Shown: positions 1-10,890 of the stretch, in pieces
How positions within the stretch are numbered: position 1 is the stretch's first letter
Layout of the letters: each line of letters opens with the position of its first letter
Program-made: the position numbers and the translations under genes
Assembly: GCA_951406725.2 (NCBI GenBank)
Contig: OX597821.1
Span: forward strand, 79,732,001 to 79,796,000
Length of the DNA: 64,000 nt
Direction: 5' to 3'
Source of the DNA: Octopus vulgaris
Lineage: Eukaryota
The notes under the pieces: model-generated
Seen by the model: the letters and a program-made list of their open reading frames with translations, nothing else
Databases searched by the model: none
Told to the model about the DNA's origin: nothing

Positions 1-29
1 ATGACTGATACAAATAAAGGAATATAACA

Positions 30-910
30 AAGAATAAGAGAGGTTTACCAGCTAGTGCCAGTCGAGGACCTCGAAAGTTTCAAAATCAATTTAAACACCG
101 AAGTCAAGTACCCTCTCCAACTGTCTTTTTTCCGACTTACAGATCTATACTTAGAGCGATATCATTCACTCTTTCCATTTTGTCATTCCATTTTTGTCAT
201 TCGACTGCAGTACCTGTCTCTGCACTCTCATCCTCCCTTTGATGTAAAACCTAAGAGAAAACTCTCTGTCCTCAAATATCTAAACCTCGTTCATTGCACA
301 ACCACTTTCAGACAGAGAAAAAATTGCCTTCATTGCTCGGTATAAATAGGGCGACATATCTATCTTCACGATGGATTTTATTGATAGCCAGATCCATGTC
401 ATACGCCACTTCAACTCTTTGACTTATATCCACGTTAGCAACGCCCGGACACTGAACGAGTGCGTGCAGAACAGTTTCGATCCTCTACGCTGGCCTCAAA
501 CAGTTCTTCCTAACGGTATTTCTGAGAATGTAGAAATTACTTCGAACTGGAACAGCCCCTCGATAGCACTGCCAGGCCAATACCTGTAGCCATTATCCTA
601 TTATTCGTAGTAATTTTTGAAAGTCTCTTGGAACAGACAAACCGGTTCGTTCCCGCTCGACATCCAGAGTATCCCCGAGACCTCATTCTCGCCACTGACC
701 TTTTATAAATTGCTGATATGGAACATCCACCAATCCCGTTGCCCGATTAGCAGAGGTGTTTACTCCCCCCAGGACTTCAACTGCAAAGACACGCGTTGCA
801 AAAAGACGTGCCTCACGAACGGTTCACAGTAGGCTGCCATTTAAGAATTTCTGCAGGTGGCTCAATCGCAATGCATGTCTGCACCTGAGCAGCGAGGGCA
901 TGTCTGACAA
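30..910 (-). mobile_element. Degenerate Tx1/L1-like LINE 3' fragment (zf-RVT region)
   Basis: Minus-strand translation gives RHALRLSHL..PFVRH and LAWQCYRGAVPVR..ETVLHALVQCP, homologous to the copy at 5672-6913. It has stops and frameshifts. Confidence 0.8.
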
Positions 911-1529
911 ACATACAAACACATACAAATATACATGTATACATATAGTAGAGTCCAGAGTAGTCCATAGGCAGGAGAGGTGCCGCCGGAGTGTAGAAAG
1001 TCCAAAAGAGAATCCGTAAAGGGTAGAAAGGTAGAAAGTCCAGTGGAGAAGTTCGTGGGTGATGAGAGGAGACAGGATCAACTGGTGCGACCACGTGAGC
1101 GTGTGATATATGGTGAGAATTCACGAAAAAACCCCAAAAAACAAAAGACGAAGACAGGTGGTGTAGAAAACAAAGAGATGTATTAGTACATATATACTTT
1201 TAATGATTCATCTCTTTCTATCTCCGTTCTTCTCTGTACACACACACACACACACACACACACGTTTATGTATGTATATCAATGTATATATGAATATCGG
1301 GAGATGTGCAGCAGATTTATGGGGTGGAGTGTTTTTAGTAAACACACATTTTAGTCCCACAGTCAAAAGCATCCACTGTCGTTATAAAGCATGTTTCCCT
1401 CTGGAACCCCCCCCCCCAAAAAAAAAACATTTACAAATATGTGTATAAATACTGACTTGAGTGCATGCGTGCGTATGTGTGTATTATCAAATATCTATCT
1501 GTATCTGTTAATCTGTCTATATGTACTCG

Positions 1530-1571
<42 letters not shown>

Positions 1572-1732
1572 TCCATATATACATATATAGATATACATGA
1601 GCACATATAGCCAGGCACATAATTCATAAACGTACACGTATGCATATATATGTATGCGCGTATGTGTGTGTGTTTGTTTGTGTATATGTAAATATGTATA
1701 CGTACATATACATACATACATACATACATACA

Positions 1733-1768
<36 letters not shown>

Positions 1769-1857
1769 TATATTTCTGTGTTTACATACATGATTACATG
1801 TATGTATATATATGGTCGAATGCAGACGTGATATACAGTTTTGTGATAGGTAACTGT

Positions 1858-1914
<57 letters not shown>

Positions 1915-2435
1915 GGGAGAGGGGCAAGAAAGAGAGAGAGAGAGAGAGAGAGGAGGGACAAAGAGAGGGGGGACAGAGATACAAAGAGAGGAGAGGAGGG
2001 CCAAGGTGCAACCATTGATCACACCAATTTATGCACTCCTCTCATGCATCTCGTACTCATATTTATCTTTTATTTTCTTTCATAAACTACTCCATTCGAT
2101 ATTCAGCGATGGCGCTTCATCCCAAGATGGATGCTATATATCTTCCTTCCTCTCACACCAGTTACTTTCGTTTCTAAGCTGATGTGGTTGGCTTTGCACA
2201 CGTTTCACTAAGTGACGAACAAAATGCACAGCGGATCATCGAAACCCGTATCACCCATTCCACACCATCTCTTTATATATTCAAATAAAAACATACGAGG
2301 GGACAAACACACACACACTACACATGCACACGGACAAAAGCACGCAAATACACAAGCACGCATTCAGATACTTTTGTGCTCATAAATACATGTATAATTA
2401 CGTATACGTACATACGTACATACATACATACATTC

Positions 2436-2501
<66 letters not shown>

Positions 2502-2509
2502 TATATATA

Positions 2510-2663
2510 GGCGTGGCTGTGTGGTAAGACGCTTACTTCCCAATCACATGGTTCCAGTCTCGATTCCACTGCGTGGCACTTTGGGCCTATCTCTTCTACT
2601 ATAGCCCCGGGCCGACTAAAGGCTTGTGAGTGAATTTGTAGGTGGAAACTGAAAGAAGCCCGT

Positions 2664-2736
<73 letters not shown>

Positions 2737-2950
2737 GTTTGTGTGTCTGTGTTTGTACCCGCCCCACCATCGCTTGACAACCAATGTTGATATGTTTGCG
2801 TCCCCGTAACTTAGCAGTTCGGTAAAATAACCGATAGATTAAGTACAAGGCTTACAAAGAATAAATCCTGGGGGCGATTTGTTTGACTAAAGGTGATGCT
2901 CCAGCATGGGCGCTGTCAAATGACTGAAACAAGTGAAAGAATAAAAGAAT
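2510..2950 (+). mobile_element. tRNA-derived SINE family A (CORE-like) with internal (CTAT)n
   Basis: Head GGCGTGGCTGTGTGGTAAG and tail CCAGCATGG..ATGACTGAAACAAGT. Matches copies at 23290-23715 and 59535-59945. Confidence 0.8.
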
Positions 2951-3051
2951 ATATATATATATATATATACACATGCATACACACCATATATATACATATA
3001 TATATGCATACATACATATGTAAGTATACACGCATTCACACATACACGCAC

Positions 3052-3106
<55 letters not shown>

Positions 3107-3117
3107 CACATATATAC

Positions 3118-3395
3118 GTGGAGGCGCAATGGCCTAGTGGTTAGGGCAGCGGACTCGCGGTTTCGATTCCTAGACCGGGCGTTGTGAGTGTTTATTGAGC
3201 GAAAACACCTAAAAGCTCCACGACGCTCCGGCAGAGGGTGGTGATCTCTGCTGTACTCTTTCACCACTCTTTCTTCTGTTGGCCTGCTCGCTTAGCCAGC
3301 GGGGTGGCGTCATTCGAAGGCTAAAACAATGCGATCGCATTGTGACCAGCGATGTGTAACAACATCTGATGGTCTGGTCGGTCACGTGATCACGT
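3118..3395 (+). mobile_element. tRNA-derived SINE family B
   Basis: A box TGGCCTAGTGG, B-box-like TTTCGATTCC and body GAGCGAAAACACCTAAAAGCTCCAC, shared with 19052, 43875, 61195 and 62453. Confidence 0.8.
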
Positions 3396-3466
3396 GATAT
3401 ATATATATATATATAATATATATATATAATATATAATATATATAATATATGTATATATAATATATG

Positions 3467-3508
<42 letters not shown>

Positions 3509-3552
3509 TATATAATATATAATATATATAATATATGTATATATAATATATG

Positions 3553-3616
<64 letters not shown>

Positions 3617-3780
3617 ATTAATTATGAATTTTCTGGTTAATTCCGTAATGGAATCGACGGCTTATATTTATTTGCTGCCGATAAATTTGGCGCGAGTGCG
3701 ACGATTTGAAAATTTTAGGTCAGATATAAACTTGGCAACGTCGGAAATGCCTCGTGAAAATATCTGTTCCGTCTTGGGCT

Positions 3781-3887
3781 ATTTCTTACTGAAGAATCTG
3801 AGGGCCTGAGGAAGATTGGCTTGATTTAATTTAATCAGGTTAGTTTACCATTAATCAGCAGATGAAACGGTATATCGTATAAGAAAT
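3781..3887 (+). ncRNA. Type I hammerhead ribozyme, copy 1
   Basis: Stem I ATTTCTTA(3781-88)/TAAGAAAT(3880-87); core CTGAAGA; stem II ATCTG/CAGAT with ~58-nt insert; GAAA; stem III ACGG-TATA-TCGT; cleavage triplet GTA (3877-79). Confidence 0.85.
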
Positions 3888-4273
3888 TACAGGGTAAATG
3901 TTTTTTAAATTTTCTCCTGGTTTACTGAATTAACTTTTATTTGCGGTTGAAGCTTTGGCTGTTATTTCTAGTGGGTGAATGGCCTATTATGGCCGTTCCT
4001 TTATTGTTGATGTTGAACTTAAAAATGGTCTATGACTATTTTAATTTTTTCCTACTAGGCCGCTGGTGGCAAAAGAATTCTACAAAATTTTTTTTGCCAC
4101 CCTATATTGATTAATTATGAATTTTCTGGTTAATTCCGTAATGGAATCGACGGCTTATATTTATTTGCTGCCGATAAATTTGGCGCGAGTGCGACGATTT
4201 GAAAATTTTAGGTCAGATATAAACTTGGCAACGTCGGAAATGCCTCGTGAAAATATCTGTTCCGTCTTGGGCT

Positions 4274-4380
4274 ATTTCTTACTGAAGAATCTGAGGGCCT
4301 GAGGAAGATTGGCTTGATTTAATTTAATCAGGTTAGTTTACCATTAATCAGCAGATGAAACGGTATATCGTATAAGAAAT
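4274..4380 (+). ncRNA. Type I hammerhead ribozyme, copy 2
   Basis: Same sequence as copy 1, offset +493. Confidence 0.85.
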
Positions 4381-4766
4381 TACAGGGTAAATGTTTTTTA
4401 AATTTTCTCCTGGTTTACTGAATTAACTTTTATTTGCGGTTGAAGCTTTGGCTGTTATTTCTAGTGGGTGAATGGCCTATTATGGCCGTTCCTTTATTGT
4501 TGATGTTGAACTTAAAAATGGTCTATGACTATTTTAATTTTTTCCTACTAGGCCGCTGGTGGCAAAAGAATTCTACAAAATTTTTTTTGCCACCCTATAT
4601 TGATTAATTATGAATTTTCTGGTTAATTCCGTAATGGAATCGACGGCTTATATTTATTTGCTGCCGATAAATTTGGCGCGAGTGCGACGATTTGAAAATT
4701 TTAGGTCAGATATAAACTTGGCAACGTCGGAAATGCCTCGTGAAAATATCTGTTCCGTCTTGGGCT

Positions 4767-4873
4767 ATTTCTTACTGAAGAATCTGAGGGCCTGAGGAAG
4801 ATTGGCTTGATTTAATTTAATCAGGTTAGTTTACCATTAATCAGCAGATGAAACGGTATATCGTATAAGAAAT
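4767..4873 (+). ncRNA. Type I hammerhead ribozyme, copy 3
   Basis: Same sequence as copy 1, offset +986. Confidence 0.85.
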
Positions 4874-4993
4874 TACAGGGTAAATGTTTTTTAAATTTTC
4901 TCCTGGTTTACTGAATTAACTTTTATTTGCGGTTGAAGCTTTGGCTGTTATTTCTAGTGGGTGAATGGCCTATTATGGCCGTTCCTTTATTGT

Positions 4994-5053
<60 letters not shown>

Positions 5054-5353
5054 CAAGTAACTGGAGGGATTTACTTCTAGTTATATTTCTTATTAGAATA
5101 ACGGCGACGATGACGACCATCACCACCACCACCACCACCACCACCACCCACCACCACCACCATTACCACCACCACCACCACCACTTCACACACCACAAGA
5201 AGGAGGAGTAATCTTTATCAGTCCATAACATTATGTCAAGTTCATTAACATATATTATACACAATCTGTCGTATGTGGCCGATTGGGAGGTGGGGCTATT
5301 TTCACATGCCGCGCGCAGGTGTTGCATGTAATATCTATCTATCTATCTACCTG

Positions 5354-5466
<113 letters not shown>

Positions 5467-5581
5467 ACAGACTTGCATATATACACAATGAGAGATGCAC
5501 ACATATGTTTGCGAATGTGCATGAGTATGTATGTCTATCTCTTTCTCTGTCTGCCTGTCTGTCTGCCTGTCTGCCTGTCTG

Positions 5582-5639
<58 letters not shown>

Positions 5640-5671
5640 CATCTATATATCTATCTATCTTGTGTATAAAT

Positions 5672-6913
5672 CTTGTGATGCGCAGACACGCGCTGAGACT
5701 GCGACATCTCTGGCTCTATGTAGACGACGGTGAACAGGTGTGGTCGCCGTTTGTGAGGCACGCTTTCCCGCAGCTCGTCTCCATGACCGAACTGCAGTCG
5801 TGGATCAAAAAGAGGCCGAGGAAGGGCGAATGGCACCGCGAGTGTCGCGTTGCTCTCAAGCAACTCTGCCGTCCTGGGTCGACCTTGAGTGACTTCAACA
5901 CAACCAAAGCATTCTATAGGGGTTTAGTGGAGGGGAGGTGCGACGACGAGCTCGGGGCGAACCTGGACGTCGACGAGGAGTACCTGACCCGCCTGTTCAG
6001 GACGACTTTCGGGCCAGGGCCCATGGACAACTTCCAGAGATCCCTGGCCTGGCAGTGCTACCGAGAAGCGCTACCCGTTCGGGATAAGCTCTACATACAC
6101 GGCTCGAGAAACACGGGGCCGACCTGCCCGAGATGCGGTCAGAGCAACGAAACCGTTCTGCACGCACTCGTGCAGTGTCCAACAATTTCCGACCTGTGGG
6201 CTTATGTCGAACAACTGCTGTCACGTGTGGGACGAGTCGGTTTAACAGCTGAGTCTATCGTCAATATTGTCACGCCTCCTTCCTTCAAACGGGAAGGAAG
6301 AGCTATTTTCATCATCCTTGTGGCTATGGCGAAAGAATGTATCTGGTGGACGCGTCTGAAAGGATTGGAGACAAACACTTTCCTCTCTGGTCAATCTCTC
6401 ATCAACTTCTTCAAGTACCACTTGAAAAGGAAAGTGAGAGTAGAGAGGCAAGTTTTGTCTAGCGAATGTTTTAAAAAAAGATGGGTGAATGTAGCAAGAA
6501 TGGCACATATGAATGACGAAGCCACCTTGAGCATGATCCTATGAACCCAGAAATTGAAAACAGAGAGTTGCTTATTCGCAAAAAAAAAAAAGAAATATAA
6601 CATGTGACTCCATTGACCGAGGTTACCGTGGTCTTTTCCGTAGGCTTTTCTTTCCACGGGTAAACCTCACCTGTCCTCCCCTTTACACTTCATATTGACA
6701 TTTCTGTGATAACGATCCCTATTGATCAATTTTTTTTTTTTCACTCCCCCTTTTTTTTAACCACCCTTTTTTTGTCCTCTTTCTCTCCTTTTACGATCCC
6801 TTTTGATCGAAACTCCCCCTTCCTTTTTTTTTTTTTTTAAACCTTCAAAAGAAAAGCTCTACCTTGTAATTTGTTCTATCTGTGTGCAGCCCTGTGTGGC
6901 TAATAAAAAAACA
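5672..6913 (+). mobile_element. 5'-truncated Tx1/L1-clade LINE with 16-bp TSD
   Basis: Open ORF2 C-terminus ending at 6544 with CCHC knuckle CPRCGQSNETVLHALVQCP (zf-RVT-like). Pyrimidine-rich 3'UTR and AATAAA at 6902. Direct repeat TATCTTGTGTATAAAT at 5656-5671 and 6914-6929. Confidence 0.88.
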
Positions 6914-7361
6914 TATCTTGTGTATAAATACACACAGATGGGTAGACGCTGCTAAATATCTAGAACGTGAAACCGAAATTTATATATAAATCCTTAAAAT
7001 CCTTAAAAATGTTTCAGCCCGAAGGCTGAGGCCATGCTGGGGCACCACCGTTGCTTTCATGTCCAGTTATACATAAAAACTATTTGACATTAAATTGAAG
7101 AGGTACTCAATGCTTATTAAACTTTTACAAGAAGATGGCTGATAGTGACTTCGAACTTTCGGCTTGCTTTGTATGATATACTCGAGAATTATCTATTTTG
7201 ATATAATATTCTCGAAATAGCTATTGCAGTCAGAACTCAATTTAATTCTGAACTTTTTTATTGAACCTTCTCAGCAGCAACCATCTCGCTTTTAGTTCAA
7301 TTGTAAAATGTTCAGTAAAATACAAGAGTATCTGTTATATACATACATAGAATGTATGTAT

Positions 7362-7486
<125 letters not shown>

Positions 7487-8016
7487 TTTAATTAGAGGTT
7501 GTGTTAGCCTCACGAAAGGCTCGTTTCATCCAAGGAAATACTGGTTCAGTTTTGGGGTATAATAGGTATATATAAAAACTCATAGCTTATATTCATTTAA
7601 AAAGAAGAAGAAAATGGAGATTGGGGAGTTAACTGTTAATTATTAACAGCAAATTGGTCATCTTCAATTGATGAAACAGGTGTACTTACGAGTACATTTC
7701 GAAGCATAATTTTATGTCCCGGATTAAAGGTTATATATACATATCTGCTTTCTATGATAGGAGCGAGAGTTTTTTTAATTCTACTTTACTCCCATAGGCA
7801 TTGTTGTCATTAATTAGTTAAGTTAATGTTGAATTTGTTATTGACATCTTCCAATGAAAAGCATCTGGTTTTTAGATGAAAGATGTGCACTTGAAGTCTT
7901 GTACTGTACTTTACGTTTCGTCTACACATGCACACGCTCAAATACGCATGCATACATACACACACACACACATATATATATATATATGAATATATGTATA
8001 CATGTATATATATACG

Positions 8017-8129
<113 letters not shown>

Positions 8130-8398
8130 TCGGCTCTTTACGTCTTGACAGACAGTCTAAGAAGCGGAGAATGTCTTCAATACTCATATTCTTCTTCCTC
8201 TAGTTTCTCTCATGGCTGATCCTTCCTATGTTTGGTGAACAAGTTCTGCTGCAAAATCTGCAAATCTGCAAGCAAAGAAGGCGCTGCAGAGCTGCAGTGA
8301 GTCGCCTTTATTTTTTGGGATGGGTATATAAATATATGAACATGTATGTATATATGTATGTATGTATGTGGGTGTATATACATATATATAATTATATT

Positions 8399-8431
<33 letters not shown>

Positions 8432-9131
8432 TTATGTATATATCTATACAGATATATAAATATACATCACCCGAGAAGGAAGAGAAACAGAGAGAGAGAG
8501 AGAGAGAGAGAATGTGAAGGAATAAAGACAGAAAGAGAATGTATATACATATACACATAAATGTTTATTATGTGTGCTTGTAGGTATGAATGCATGAGTG
8601 CATAAAAAGTGGAGAGATGTGTGTGTAGCTTGGGCTTATGTGTATAGATGTGCGTATGTGTTAGCCCATGGAAAGGAGAACAAGTAATCAGGATTAACCG
8701 GTATATAATTTTGAATAATTAATCTTGTTAAACCGTGTCCTGTTGCTTTCAAAAATAAATTCCTTGTGACCGCAATTGTTTTGGTCAAGGCTAACGATTT
8801 CCACCATCAAAACCACTATCAACACCAACATCACCACCACTACCACCACCACACCCACATTCTTCTTCTTCTTCTACTACTACTACTACTACTACTACTA
8901 ATACTACTACAAGATGAAAGCTTGATTTGGTTCTGACAGTATTTAAAGTCAGAACATAGTGGGACTTCAAAATACTATTGGGTCGGGTCATTCGGAAGTT
9001 TGTGGTTCCGATAATTTACATAATCTACAGTTTCAGCCACTCTACTGTCTTGCGTGAAGACGATAAATAGAGTTTACGTTATTTACTTTATTTACATTCG
9101 ACGGATATTTGTCCTCATCTTGTTTTTTGTT

Positions 9132-9177
9132 AACACAACGTTTCAGCTGATATACCCTACAGCCTTCATCAGGTGTC
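9132..9177 (-). ncRNA. Minimal type I hammerhead motif (Penelope-type)
   Basis: Minus strand GACAC-CTGATGA-A-GGCTG-loop-CAGCT-GAAAC-GTT-GTGTT, with palindromic AACGTT in place of stem III. Confidence 0.72.
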
Positions 9178-9264
9178 TTGGGGAAATTTCGAACCTGGGT
9201 TCTCATTCCTAAGGTATTTTTCGATGTTGTATTATTATTATTATTATTATTATTGTTGTTGTTG

Positions 9265-9332
<68 letters not shown>

Positions 9333-9346
9333 TATTATTATTATTA

Positions 9347-10025
9347 TATGTTTGACTTTTGCTTTATGTTTGTACAAGTTGGCTTCAAGTCTCACCCAGA
9401 GACCTCAATAGATAACAGGTTGGAAGTTCACATTGTTGTTATGCCTAGTGTGCCATATATTTGGGGTTTTTTTTGGTGTTGTACTAGTGAATGTCTAATA
9501 AATAAATTAAACAAAAAAAAAGTTTGTTTTAAACCTTGAGATTACATAGAGAGTATTTTGCGTAGGATATGAGCAGTTCTTTTGAATTTCTGTCACTTTT
9601 GGGTTTCCTGGTATCTGAGTTAGGTAGCAATCAGCCCCTTTCGCTATCATTCCCAGGGCACCTATGACAACAGGTATTGTTTTAGTCTTCAGGTTCCACA
9701 TTTTGCTGATTTCAAGATCTTTATATTTGCTCAGTTTTTGGTAGGTGTTGACAGATACGTTTATATCGATTGGGACAGTCATATCAATGAGGAGGCATGT
9801 TCTTTGTCTGAAGTCTTTCAATATGATGTCTGGCCTGTTTGCATCTATCTTTCTGTCAGTTTGAATGGTGAAGTTCCAGAGGAGTGAGATGTGGTCATTT
9901 TCAAGCACTGGGGGTGGATTGTGTTCCCACCAGTTTTTTTCATGGGGCAAATCCAGGTTTTTGCAAATTACCCAGTGAATATATTGTGCAGCTCTATCAT
10001 GCCTTTTGAGGTACACTGTAGGCGC
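9347..10025 (-). mobile_element. R4/Dong-clade LINE 3' fragment (RLE endonuclease + 3'UTR)
   Basis: ORF 9507-10016 has RHD..YIHW, NRPDIILKD, LLIDMTVP, KLSKYKDL and IPVVIGALG. Both ends abut (TTA)n. Confidence 0.9.
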
Positions 10026-10222
<197 letters not shown>

Positions 10223-10270
10223 TCACTGCCTGGAATCGAACTCGGAATCTTGAGGTTAGTAGCTACGCTA

Positions 10271-10347
10271 TATGGCATAGTGGTTAAGAGCGCAGGCTAC
10301 AAAACTCCAAGATTCCGAGTCCGATTCCAGGCAGTGACCTGAACAAT

Positions 10348-10379
<32 letters not shown>

Positions 10380-10440
10380 ACAATAATAATAATAATAATA
10401 ATAATAATACCACCACCACCAACAATAATAATGATAATAA
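10271..10440 (+). mobile_element. Inverted tRNA-like head of the same element followed by (CAA/TAA)n
   Basis: A box TGGCATAGTGG at 10273-83 and B-box-like GAGTCCGATTCC, ending GACCTGAA. Head-to-head with copy 1 across ATAT. Confidence 0.78.
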
Positions 10441-10442
10441 TG

Positions 10443-10800
10443 ATTTCATTTAATTGCCACAAGGGCGAAGGTGAGAGGGACAATACAAAGACAGACGTAG
10501 AGTGTGGGGGATTAAAAATAATGAAATGATAAAAAAAATGAAAGAAAGAAAGTATACACTGAAAAAGAAGGGACATCTGCATAGCATACAAAGGTTTAAA
10601 AAAGAGGTGGCAGGGTGGATGATAGAGATGTGGCCCTCCTCATACAGGAAAGCCTTCAGGGACAATCACAGGACCCCACTGTTCAAGATTTTCCTTAAAC
10701 CCCCAGCAGCAAGTGCCCTCTGCAATTCCTTCTCGCCGACTCACAGGTTTACACTTAGAGAGGTACCATCTACTCTTACCATTTTCACAACTTTCACCCT
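10443..10800 (-). mobile_element. Tx1-like LINE 3' end inserted in (TAA)n
   Basis: Minus strand RVKVVKMVRVDGTSLSVNL* resembles the C-terminus at 6480-6544. Ends GCCCTTGTGGCAATTAAATGAAA. Confidence 0.55.
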
Positions 10801-10809
10801 AATAATAGT

Positions 10810-10886
<77 letters not shown>

Positions 10887-10890
10887 TAAT

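Larger units (their letters stand above)
3612..4997 (+). repeat. 493-bp tandem repeat (~2.8 copies), retrozyme-like, flanked by (TA)n
   Basis: Identical short ORFs at 3624/4117/4610 fix the period at 493 bp. Units look identical by eye and each carries a hammerhead motif. Confidence 0.95.

Noticed and set aside
3624-4795. Thrice-repeated 61-aa ORF or CRISPR-like array
   Set aside because: A by-product of the 493-bp repeat. It has no known motif and there are no unique spacers.
5531-5671. N-terminal part of the 337-aa ORF as a real protein start
   Set aside because: It lies outside the TSD and is (CTAT)n read in frame.
7160-7232. Further hammerhead candidates (also 36027-36098 and 48000-48065)
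   Set aside because: Some parts are present (stem II and/or GAAA plus stem III), but the catalytic core has multiple mismatches or deletions. Too decayed to call.
10271-10343. Functional tRNA gene (also the heads at 19052 and 62453)
   Set aside because: A and B boxes are present but there is no acceptor stem or complete cloverleaf; these are SINE heads.
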